Under the pieces are notes generated by a model, which did not search any database, was not told the DNA's origin, and saw only the letters and a program-made list of their open reading frames with translations. A stretch of DNA of 21,265 nucleotides from an uncultured Erysipelotrichaceae bacterium. GTDB taxonomy: Bacteria > Bacillota_I > Bacilli_A > Erysipelotrichales > Erysipelotrichaceae. A program made the translations under genes and the position numbers. Position 1 is the stretch's first letter, and every line of letters begins with the position of its first letter. The DNA lies in assembly GCA_964401865.1 (NCBI GenBank), contig CAYNZZ010000019.1, positions 1 to 21,265 on the forward strand, read 5' to 3'. Positions 7,058-15,475 of this stretch are shown here, in pieces.

Positions 7058-10000
7058 ATGAGTAAAACAAAAGAGATCTTTAGAAAAATACTACTAACCT
7101 TTTTCTCTTTAGCCATGATCATAGCTACAATGCCTATGACTAAAGTATTCGCAGAGGAAGGCAGTCTTCATGTCACTTACTATGATGGTTATACCAATAC
7201 AGGAGTTACTTTTACCGGCTATGATGGAAACCAGCATGGATTGCTATTTGTTTATGGACCAGATGGCGTCAAGCATAACGTATCTACTTCAGGCTATGAC
7301 ATCAATGGTGAAGTAGTATTCTGCATCCAGCCAAATATCTATACAGAAAACGGCTACTACTACGCTTCCGATGGAAACCTGTACAACCATTTAACAGATT
7401 CCCAAGCAAGAAGATTAGAGATGATCTCCTGGTTCGGTTATGGATACAATGGAGATTATTCACCAGAAGCAAGAATTGCCACACAGTTATTAATCTGGGA
7501 AACAATGGGTTTCTCAATCACTGGATATATTGACTCAGTTGGATCAAAGATGGGAACAATCAGTTCAAGAGTCAATAAATATAACAATCGAGCTGTACCA
7601 TCATTTGCCAAGAAAACTCATACTCTCTATGGCGTTGGTGAAGAATATGCTATCACTCTTACCGATACAAACAATGCAGTATCAAGCTGGTATAAAACAT
7701 CTTCTCCAGATGGAATCAGCTATGAAATTAATGGCAATACAATCAGAGTCTGGGCAAATAAAGATATTACTGGAACCAAGACAATCAATTATGATCTTAT
7801 CAATCCAAATGATTCAAGACAGGATGGTGCATCAGTAGTTTATGTAAATCCAAATAACGCTCGGAAATTAGTCAGATTAAGAGACCCATTCAAGAGATAT
7901 ACAGATGTATCGTTCAGACTTGTTACCGGTTCTTTCAACCTTACAAAGGTTGATTCAGAGGGTTGATTAGATGGAGATAGAGCTACACCTCAGGGCGATG
8001 CTACATTAAATGGTGCTGAGTATGCGTTAATTAATGACAGTGAAAAAGCTATCTCTAATACCGTTGATCATCTTGATATCAGAGACACTTACACATTAAA
8101 GGAAACAAAAGCTCCAGTTGGTTATTTAACAGACAAATCGGAATATAAAGTAACTTTCACAGATGATGGAACCAGCAATGTCATCAAGGTTAGAAGAGAT
8201 TTATCTGATGATGTTATCAAGTTCAATCTTGCTGTATATAAAGTCACTACAGATCGAGAAGAATCAGAATCAATCCCACCTGTTAGTGCTGCCGAGTTCA
8301 CATTAACGCTTAAGAGCTCCGGCGAGGTTGATGCCGTCAAAGAAACTGACAGCAATGGACAGTTAACCTTCGATAGCTTATACACCGTTACAGAGACTAA
8401 AACACCACAGGGATTAGAAACTGTTAAACCATTTGATTTTGATGGAAGAATCAGTGAAGAAGAACACACTTATACTTTCCACCGTTATGCAAATGATGCA
8501 CCATTCAGGGCATGGGTTGGCATTTACAAGGTGGATGCCGAAACAGGAAAGAAGATTCCAGCAGCTGGTGTTGAATTCAAAGTCAAAGACAGTGCAGGCA
8601 ACTACATTACTCAAACAGTCAGCTACCAGTCAAGACATGAAACAGATACTTTCGTCACTAATGAAGATGGTTTCGTTAATCTTCCAGAAAAGCTTCTTTA
8701 TGGAAAATAAACTATCTGTGAAATCAAAGCACCATATGGTTATGTTTTGGCGAAAAAAGAATTCCCATTGAATGTAGATGGATCTGAAACCGAAATCTTT
8801 ATTGAATTTGAAAATAAACAGCAGCATGGTCAGCTTCATGCAGAAAAGTTTGGTGAATTCTTTACCGGATCCGAAAAAGAAGAAAATAAGTATGGCGATT
8901 TATATACTCCTGTTTACTCAGAAAAATATCTTGAGGGTGTCACTTATGAAATCATTGCCAGAGAGGATATTGTTGGTCAGGAAGGCACAGTATTCTTCAA
9001 CAAAGGTGATGTCGTAGATACATTTACAACAAAGAACGAAATCACTAAATCTGCTCTTCTTCATTTAGGTGCATACAGCATTAAGGAAACAGCAACTCTT
9101 CCTGGTTATGTTCTTGATGAAACAGCATATGACTTCGATATTGAATATGCTGGTCAGTTAGTAGAAATCGTACAGATTGATAAATCATTCAAGAATGAAG
9201 GACAGAAACTTGATCTTGTTATCAGCAAAAAATTTGAAGATGCAGAATATGAGAAGGGTTCAAAAGCATATGAAGATATTGTCTTTGGCATTTACACAAA
9301 CGAGAACTTTGTTATTGGTGAAGAAATTGTTATTCCCGTTGATTCATTAGTTGGCTTACTTACAATTGATGAAAATGGTCACAATAAAGAACAATATGAC
9401 TTACCTTGTGGAACTACTATGTTAAGGAATTAGAAACAAATGTAGGCTTTGTGATAAATGAAGAAAAGCATGAATTCACATTCAATACTGATGATTCGGG
9501 TAAAGCAACTGTAACAGTAAAGCTTGATTCAATCGAAAATAACAAACGTCGTTTAGATATCGAAGTAACAAAGGTTGATGCAAAGCACACAGAACACTTA
9601 CTAAATGGTGCAATCTTTGAAGTATACGATAAGACAACCGAAACTTATGTAATTACGCTTTGCTCAGGTAAGTTAATGATCAAGGATTCTAAGTCTGGAG
9701 TTGAATATGAGATAGCTACAGACGAATCATTTGAAAACATCATCAAGACAGTTAAAACAGATTTTGATAAAGAAATAATTCTTGAGCTTGATGAAGGAAC
9801 TTATTACTCAAGAAAAGCTCTGATCGTAACAGAAGATGATGTTGATCTGGAATTTATGATCAATAACAATCCTGTAACAAGACATGTAGTAAATCATGGA
9901 AAAGCAACTCTTACAGATGCTATTTATGGACATGAATATGAATTCAAGGAAATTGTTGCTCCAACTTCATATCACATTAACGCCAAGCCATTGACGGTTG

Positions 10001-10083
10001 AAGTGATTGCAGACAGAAATACTGCAATTATCCGAAAGACATATGTTAACTACAGAATCGAAATTCCAAATACAGGTATCTAA
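7058..10083 (+). pseudogene. Thioester-domain (TQXA) / SpaA-CnaB-repeat surface adhesin with LPXTG-like IPNTG motif; disrupted
   Basis: Signal peptide (...TKVFA/EE). Thioester-domain motifs are VVFCIQPN (Cys codon 7322..7324) and ATQLLIWE (Gln codon 7484..7486). Prealbumin/CnaB-type signatures repeat: LKETKAPVGY, VTETKTPQGL, CEIKAPYGYVL, IKETATLPGYVL, VKELETNVGFVI, FKEIVAPTSY. There is an in-frame TGA at 7964..7966. The segment 7967..8707 is 247 open codons with no ATG and only a late GTG, so it is absent from the ORF track. There is an in-frame TAA at 8708..8710 (context LLYGK*TICEIKAP) and a frameshift ~9405..9433. The gene ends IPNTGI* (10063..10083). Confidence 0.8.
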
Positions 10084-10085
10084 AG

Positions 10086-10835
10086 ATGAAAAAGAAAAAA
10101 GTTATTATTTTAGTGATATCAGTCCTGGTTCTAGCTTCAGCCGAGGATTTTATCTATCATAAAGCAAACGATAAACAGGCTTATGACTATTCAGAATTCT
10201 ATGAGGAAGTTACACCTGATGAAGAATCGGAAATAGAAGAAACGATGATTGAGGAAGAACTAGAAATGGTTCTTTCTTTGCAATTGCTGTATGAAAGAAA
10301 CAGCGATATTGTAGGAATCCTGAAGTTTGATGACAAAGTTATCTATGAACCAGTTGCCCAGGCCCCAGATAATAAATTTTATGAGCGCAAAAATATTGAT
10401 AGATCCTATGCTGCAGCAGGCATCCCTTTCGTGTCAGCTGATGGCAATATCTATTCCAAAAATGTCGTCATCTTCGGGCATTCCTTAGCTTGCAGAGATA
10501 TTATCTTTACCCCATTAATGAACTACCTCAATATGGCTTATTACAATGAACATCCAACATTTACCTTTGAAACATTCAATGGTAATCGTACCTATGAAAT
10601 CTTTGCGGTGATTGGATACGATACAAACAATGTTGATGATTCACTTGAATTTATTCAAACTTCCTGGAGAAAACAATCTGAGTTTGAATCATTTATTAGA
10701 AATATCAAGGCAAAAAGCTTTTACAAAACAAATGTAGTAGTCGATGCATACGATGACATCGTGACTCTAGTTACCTGTGATAACAGAGATAATTCAAAAC
10801 GTGTTGTTGTTTTAGCAAAGCTACTATCAGAATAA
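10086..10835 (+). CDS. srtB: Class B sortase
   Basis: N-terminal TM anchor (KKKKVIILVISVLVLAS), catalytic His context VVIFGHS, catalytic Cys in TLVTCD, and a downstream Arg (KRVVVLAKL). It lies 2 nt after the adhesin stop. Confidence 0.85.
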   Translation: MKKKKVIILVISVLVLASAEDFIYHKANDKQAYDYSEFYEEVTPDEESEIEETMIEEELEMVLSLQLLYERNSDIVGILKFDDKVIYEPVAQAPDNKFYERKNIDRSYAAAGIPFVSADGNIYSKNVVIFGHSLACRDIIFTPLMNYLNMAYYNEHPTFTFETFNGNRTYEIFAVIGYDTNNVDDSLEFIQTSWRKQSEFESFIRNIKAKSFYKTNVVVDAYDDIVTLVTCDNRDNSKRVVVLAKLLSE

Positions 10836-10844
10836 GGAGAACAA

Positions 10845-11023
10845 ATGAAATACAGAAAAGAAAAGAAGAAATCGAAGTAATTAATAACGCACTTAAGCTT
10901 CAGGCTTTCCTGAAGTCAGATGCTGCATTTGAAGACTCAAATGGCTTTAGTGTAAAGCCATCGAGCCGTTCTAAGTTTAATGATTACTTGTCAAAAATCA
11001 GTAACTACAGAAAGGAAGATTAA
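10845..11023 (+). pseudogene. Small conserved-looking ORF split by a frameshift in an A-rich run
   Basis: SD aaggaga plus ATG 10845 gives MKYRKEKKKSK*. The adjacent frame continues EEIEVINNALKLQAFLKSDAAFEDSNGFSVKPSSRSKFNDYLSKISNYRKED* and ends 2 nt before the next ATG. Function unknown. Confidence 0.35.
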
Positions 11024-11025
11024 CT

Positions 11026-11550
11026 ATGGAATTACGAGATATCCTGGCAACACTTGCCATGAAGTATGATGGTGAATTAGTACCATTAATTAATGCTTTA
11101 GAAAATAATGAGCGCGTTGATGCAACACAGTTTGAAACATTCAAAGCAAAACTCAAATACAATTATGTCACTCTAATCGACGACAATTACCCTGAAATTC
11201 TTAAGCACGTTGAGAATCCTCCCATCGTGCTTTTTTATAAAGGCAACCTTGATTTGATTAACTTTGGCCATCAGATTATCGCAAAGGAAAGTGATGAAGG
11301 TGTAAGAATGCTACATGTCATTGATCCAGAACTTACCCCAAGAGGAATTAAGATGGACTATGTAATGGCATGCGAATGTCATGATGATATGAATCTTTTA
11401 ATGAGCAAAATGCACGAAACCCAGGAAGACCTAAATCAGTGTATGGACTTTCTAAAAAGCAGAACAAATAAAGAAAAACTGTTCATTAATCTCTCATATT
11501 CAAAGATAATCGCACATATTTATAGATATTTTACGAGATTATTCTCGTAA
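11026..11550 (+). CDS. DprA/Smf N-terminal-like protein lacking the Rossmann-fold DNA-binding core
   Basis: YVTLIDDNYPEILKHVENPPIVLFYKGNLDLI closely resembles the DprA segment that precedes the Rossmann domain. The expected ...VGSR..S.YG... core does not follow. The C-terminal ~25 aa overlap an inverted repeat and promoter and look non-native. Confidence 0.5.
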   Translation: MELRDILATLAMKYDGELVPLINALENNERVDATQFETFKAKLKYNYVTLIDDNYPEILKHVENPPIVLFYKGNLDLINFGHQIIAKESDEGVRMLHVIDPELTPRGIKMDYVMACECHDDMNLLMSKMHETQEDLNQCMDFLKSRTNKEKLFINLSYSKIIAHIYRYFTRLFS

Positions 11551-11554
11551 ACCG

Positions 11555-11583
11555 TTGATATTACTCGTAATTGCGTGTATTAT
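11555..11583 (+). promoter_or_regulatory. Sigma-70-type promoter candidate for fic (TTGATA-17 nt-TATTAT), preceded by hairpin ttacgaga-ttat-tctcgtaa (11530..11549)
   Basis: The -35 ttgata is at 11555..11560, followed by a 17-nt spacer and the -10 tattat at 11578..11583. The fic ATG is 23 nt downstream of the -10. The tacgaga/tctcgta motif recurs at 11563..11568 and 11585..11591, a possible operator. Confidence 0.45.
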
Positions 11584-11605
11584 ATACGAGAAAGATGGTG
11601 ATTTT

Positions 11606-12652
11606 ATGAGATTCTTTGATTATTCGAAACTAGAAAAGCTGCAGTTTGATAGCGCTATTATCAATCTTTTGACTAGTATTCACGAGGCAAAAGGAAGACA
11701 GGAGCTTTATTTAGCAAGGCAACCAGAAGAACTTAATAGACTGGTAGAAATTGCGAAGATACAGAGTGTTGATGCAAGTAATGATATTGAAGGCATTCGT
11801 ACAACTGAAACAAGACTTAAGCAATTAGTCAGTGAAAAGACAACTCCAAAAAACAGAGATGAAGAAGAAATCTCCGGATACAGGGATGCGCTAAATATTA
11901 TTCATGAAAGCTTCGATTATATTGCATTGACACCTAATTATATTCTTCAGTTACATGGCATAATGTTTAAACATGTTCATGGAAATAACTTCGGTGGTCA
12001 TTTCAAGAATGTACAAAACTATATTCAGGGAATTGATGGTGCCGGCAATTCATATACAGTCTTTACACCCTTAGCTCCATATGAAACTGCACCAGCTATT
12101 GAGAACTTGTGTGAAACATTCAATAAAGCAATGGAAGAAGGAAAGGTTGATCCATTAATTCTGATTCCGGTATTTGTGCACGATTTCCTGTGTATTCATC
12201 CGTTCAGAGATGGAAATGGTAGAATGAGCAGATTACTGACTACCCTGCTCTTATATCGAAGTGGGTATTATGTTGGAAAATATATTTCCTTAGAAGCTAA
12301 GATTGCTAAGATCAAAGACTCTTACTACGATGCCTTGAGTGAAAGTCAGGATGGATGGCATGAGGAAAGAGACAATCCAGTTCCATTCATCAAGTATTTG
12401 CTATCAATTATCGATATGTCATACAGAGACTTTGAAGACCGTTTGGAATTGGTACAAAAGAAAACAAACGCAAGTAAACTGGTTGAACTGGCATTTGAAA
12501 GAAAGATTGGTAAGATCAGAAAATCTGACATTGTTGAACTATGTCCTAACATTTCCGTCAGCGCAGTAGAAAAAGGAATTAAGAAACTTCTTGATGAAGG
12601 AAAAATCAGAAAAGAAGGTAATGGTAAGAATACCTTCTACGTTAAGAACTAA
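11606..12652 (+). CDS. fic: Fic-family protein (AMPylase-type), class II auto-inhibited, with C-terminal winged-helix-like tail
   Basis: Canonical Fic motif HPFRDGNGRMSR (12197..12232). The N-terminal inhibitory motif S-x-x-x-E-G is present as SNDIEG (11777..11794). The start is taken at ATG 11606 (MRFFDYSKLEK...), because the track's upstream 17 codons overlap the promoter. Confidence 0.9.
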   Translation: MRFFDYSKLEKLQFDSAIINLLTSIHEAKGRQELYLARQPEELNRLVEIAKIQSVDASNDIEGIRTTETRLKQLVSEKTTPKNRDEEEISGYRDALNIIHESFDYIALTPNYILQLHGIMFKHVHGNNFGGHFKNVQNYIQGIDGAGNSYTVFTPLAPYETAPAIENLCETFNKAMEEGKVDPLILIPVFVHDFLCIHPFRDGNGRMSRLLTTLLLYRSGYYVGKYISLEAKIAKIKDSYYDALSESQDGWHEERDNPVPFIKYLLSIIDMSYRDFEDRLELVQKKTNASKLVELAFERKIGKIRKSDIVELCPNISVSAVEKGIKKLLDEGKIRKEGNGKNTFYVKN

Positions 12653-12697
12653 CTTTTTCAATAGCAAATCGAGGTGATATTTTTGAAATTTACAAAA

Positions 12698-12726
12698 TTG
12701 ACCGATGATAAAAGAGACATTACATT
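12698..12726 (+). promoter_or_regulatory. Promoter candidate TTGACC-17 nt-TACATT upstream of the small HTH gene
   Basis: Hexamers and spacing were read from the sequence. This is valid only if the gene starts at ATG 12749 rather than at the upstream TTG 12683. Confidence 0.3.
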
Positions 12727-12748
12727 TGAGGTGAAAGGAGAACTGCCT

Positions 12749-12991
12749 ATGACAGATAAAAGCAATATCATTTACATGAATATCCCAAGCTTTACTGGAC
12801 GCAATGTACCAATCACCGAAATAGCCAATGTAATTGGTAAATCGCCAGAAACCATCAGATATGCACTTAGAGAAGGAATATTTCACTTTGGCGTTGCTAT
12901 ACAATCTGATAAATCCGATGGTTATAGTTACTATTGCCCTGATAAACGAGTATGGGAAGAAACTGGATATTTTAGTGATAACTATTCTTAG
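12749..12991 (+). CDS. Small HTH DNA-binding protein common in Firmicutes conjugative elements
   Basis: SD aaaggag lies 8 nt upstream of ATG 12749. The 80-aa product contains ITEIANVIGKSPETIRYALREGIFHFGV (HTH-like) and ends ...YYCPDKRVWEETGYF. An alternative in-frame TTG at 12683 also has its own SD. Confidence 0.55.
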   Translation: MTDKSNIIYMNIPSFTGRNVPITEIANVIGKSPETIRYALREGIFHFGVAIQSDKSDGYSYYCPDKRVWEETGYFSDNYS

Positions 12992-13046
12992 CGTTGTCAC
13001 CAAACCACTTCGTAAAATTTAATCTACTGTTTATCACTTTATGAAG

Positions 13047-13072
13047 CAGATTCAGAAATGGATCTGTTTTTC
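13047..13072 (+). terminator. Weak rho-independent terminator candidate
   Basis: cagatt-cagaaatg-gatctg (6 bp including one G-U pair) followed by tttttctt. Confidence 0.3.
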
Positions 13073-13099
13073 TTATTGGCAAAAAGGAGGTGATATTTT

Positions 13100-13225
13100 T
13101 TGCCACAATACGATAAAACAAAAGAAGCATTTGAAAAGATTGAACAAGGTGTTAAAGAGGTTTATCAATCAGATAACTTTAGGCAATATCTTTCAATGTT
13201 AACCAAATTTCATGATTATTGTTAG
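13100..13225 (+). pseudogene. N-terminal 41-codon stub of an ArdC-like (N-terminal ssDNA-binding domain) conjugative-element protein
   Basis: SD aaggagg plus TTG 13100 gives PQYDKTKEAFEKIEQGVKEVYQSDNFRQYLSMLTKFHDYC*. This resembles the start of ArdC/DUF1738-type proteins (...YL.F..KFH.YS..N). The reading stops where VirB4 homology begins. Confidence 0.5.
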
Positions 13226-14411
13226 AACATTAATTACTGAATCATTATCTGCTTTTGTACCATTCAGAGCACAGGAAATTCTTGAACAAGGCGGTATCTG
13301 GTATGGTCAAAACGCTATTACAAATAATCCAATTCTCATTAATCGAGAGAACCTTCAGAATGCAAACACCTGGGTATTAGGTGTACCCGGATCGGGCAAG
13401 TCGTTCTTATCAAAGGAAATTCTGGAATTTGTCATTGCCAGCACTAATGATGATGTCATCATCGTTGATTCTGAAGGAGAGTACGATATTATCATCAAAG
13501 CACTCAAAGGCCAGATTATTGAAATTGGTACATCAACAAATGATCATATCAATGCAATGGATATGACAGAAGGATATGGAGAAAGTGGCAATGCCATTGC
13601 AGATAAATCACAATTCATTATGTCGTTGTTTGAACAATTAGAAACCACAAGAAAGAACAGTGGCATATCTGCTTTGGACAGATCAATCATTGATAGATGT
13701 GTAGCATTGGTATACAAGGATTCATATGAAAACAACTACACCCCTACTCTTAAGAATCTGTATAGGAAACTACTCGAACAGCCTGAACCTGAAGCTAAAA
13801 CACTGGCAATCAAATTGGAGCTGTTTACTAATGGTTCGTTAAATATCTTTGCTCATGAGACCAATGTTGATATCAATAACAGAATTCTTTCGTTCAATAT
13901 CTTTAAACTAGGCAAGCAGCTAAAGGCAATGGGCTTGCTGGTTATTACCGATGCAATTATCAACAGAGTCAATGAAAACTGGAAGAAAGGCAAACGAACT
14001 CATGTCTTCATTGATGAAGTTCATGTTGTATTTGAAAACGAAGAATCAGCAACATTCTTTGCTTCGGCTTGGAGACAGTTTAGAAAAAGAGATGCCTACC
14101 CTACAGGAATCACACAGAATGTTAAATATCTGTTGGATTCACAACAGGGAACATCGATGTTCTCAAACTCACAGTTCATCATTATGCTGAACCAGTCACC
14201 AAATGACCGTGAAAAACTTGGCCATTTATTGAATATTCCTGATGAGCAAATGCGATTTATTACTGATGTCTCTGAAGGACATGGTTTGATTAAATATGGA
14301 TCTGCAATTGTACCTTTTGTTAATGAAATGCCAGCAAGCTGGTTAAAAGATCTAAACAGCACTAAGCCATCTGATCGAAAAGAAATGATGCTAAGAACTA
14401 ATGGCAATTAG
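13212..14411 (+). pseudogene. virB4: VirB4/TraE-type conjugative ATPase, C-terminal half only
   Basis: ...TLITESLSAFVPF...GIWYGQNAITNNPI..., Walker A GVPGSGKS (13380..13403) and Walker B HVFIDEVHVV. About 400 N-terminal residues of a normal VirB4 are missing, and there is no SD at the ORF start. Confidence 0.85.
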
Positions 14412-15395
14412 AACAAAAGAAAGCGTACAATACGTCAGATACCATAACAATGTTGCAAAACTGAACCATATTCTACAGCAGCATGCGATCCATTCATCTA
14501 ATAACAAGAGTAATAAAGATGCTTCAGCAGAATCCTCTGCAACAAATAATGTTCAATAAACAGCTATATCCTCGTCATCAGAGCTAGCATATAAGATCAA
14601 GAGACACATAACTAATCAGTCCGAAAAGAAATATTATGCTAAGCAAGAAAGAATCAATAACACCAGAAACAGAAATCCTATTACCACCAAAAAACAGGAA
14701 ATGCCAAAAAGAACTCCCAAACCTGATTACAACCAGGTTACTGTTCAGGCACGAAACAGCACAATTAACAAAACGAAACAGGAAACTGCCAACAAAGCAA
14801 AAGATGCCTCCACTTATATAATAGATAAGGCAGAATCTATGATTATTGCTGCCTTCAACGCTATCAAAGCAGGTCTTGCTTCATCATCAAATGCATTGAT
14901 AATGGGAATTGCTGGAGCAGCACTTGTTATTGTCATCGTTATTTGTTCTTGTTTTGGAACCGGAGGCGGTGAGGCATTGGATCAACCAAACTTCTTTAAC
15001 ATGGATGCCTATGTAATAAAAAATCCATATGCACAATCTGGGCTATATGGACAATGTACCTGGTTTGCCTGGGGAAGGTTTTATGAATTATATGGTTATT
15101 CACCTGGTTTTACCGGTGATGGATGGCATTGTGCGGAACAACTAGTTGCTGCTCATCCTGACACCTGGGAACTATCTGAAACACCCACTGATTTATGTGT
15201 CTTCTCTGGTGTAGGTTTTAATCATGTTGGCATTGTTCTCTATTACCATAATGGTATTTTAACCATTCAACATGGCAATATGGATGGTGAAACCAATACC
15301 TTTGAAGATGCAACAAAAGACTGTGTGAAATGCAAATATCTTTGGAAGATATCCAGAAAAGATATGACGGTGTGATATTCGCTATACCTAAATGA
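14401..15395 (+). pseudogene. T4SS-associated CHAP/NlpC-P60-type cell-wall hydrolase with N-terminal TM anchor; in-frame TAA and probable 3' frameshift
   Basis: ATG 14401 overlaps the virB4 stop. An in-frame TAA lies at 14557..14559 and the same frame continues into ORF 14701..15375. There is a TM segment (IMGIAGAALVIVIVICSCF), a CHAP nucleophile context GQCTWFAWG (Cys codon 15055..15057) and a His context FNHVGIV. From ~15321 another frame reads LCEMQISLEDIQKRYDGVIFAIPK* and ends at 15393..15395, just before the terminator. Confidence 0.75.
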
Positions 15396-15400
15396 TGAAA

Positions 15401-15434
15401 GGGAGATTCCTCAGTGGAGTCTCCCCTATTTTTT
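15401..15434. terminator. Strong rho-independent terminator between the convergent blocks
   Basis: gggagattcc-tcagt-ggagtctccc is a 10-bp stem including one G-U pair. It is followed by ctatttttta on the + strand. Confidence 0.8.
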
Positions 15435-15475
15435 ATAATTAACAATCAATCCATTGCTAAATCATCCAGCTTTGT

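Noticed and set aside
7964-7966. TGA recoding (genetic code 4/25 or selenocysteine) to explain the in-frame TGA in the adhesin
   Set aside because: The same gene also has an in-frame TAA and a frameshift. TAA nonsense codons occur in three other genes. TGA also serves as the terminator at well-defined gene ends (e.g. 1746, 19943). Decay is the simpler explanation.
7302-9017. Track ORFs 7302..7517(-), 7530..7838(+), 8122..8469(-), 8414..8614(-), 8433..8771(+), 8630..8839(-), 8778..9017(+)
   Set aside because: All are off-frame or antisense shadows of the adhesin reading frame, which carries clear domain motifs throughout. Their translations are low-complexity or Ser/Leu/Cys-rich with no motifs.
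12539-13003. 154-aa minus-strand ORF
   Set aside because: It is antisense to the small HTH gene and the fic 3' end. It is Phe/Ile/Lys-rich with no SD and no recognisable motif, which is typical shadow ORF behaviour in AT-rich coding DNA.
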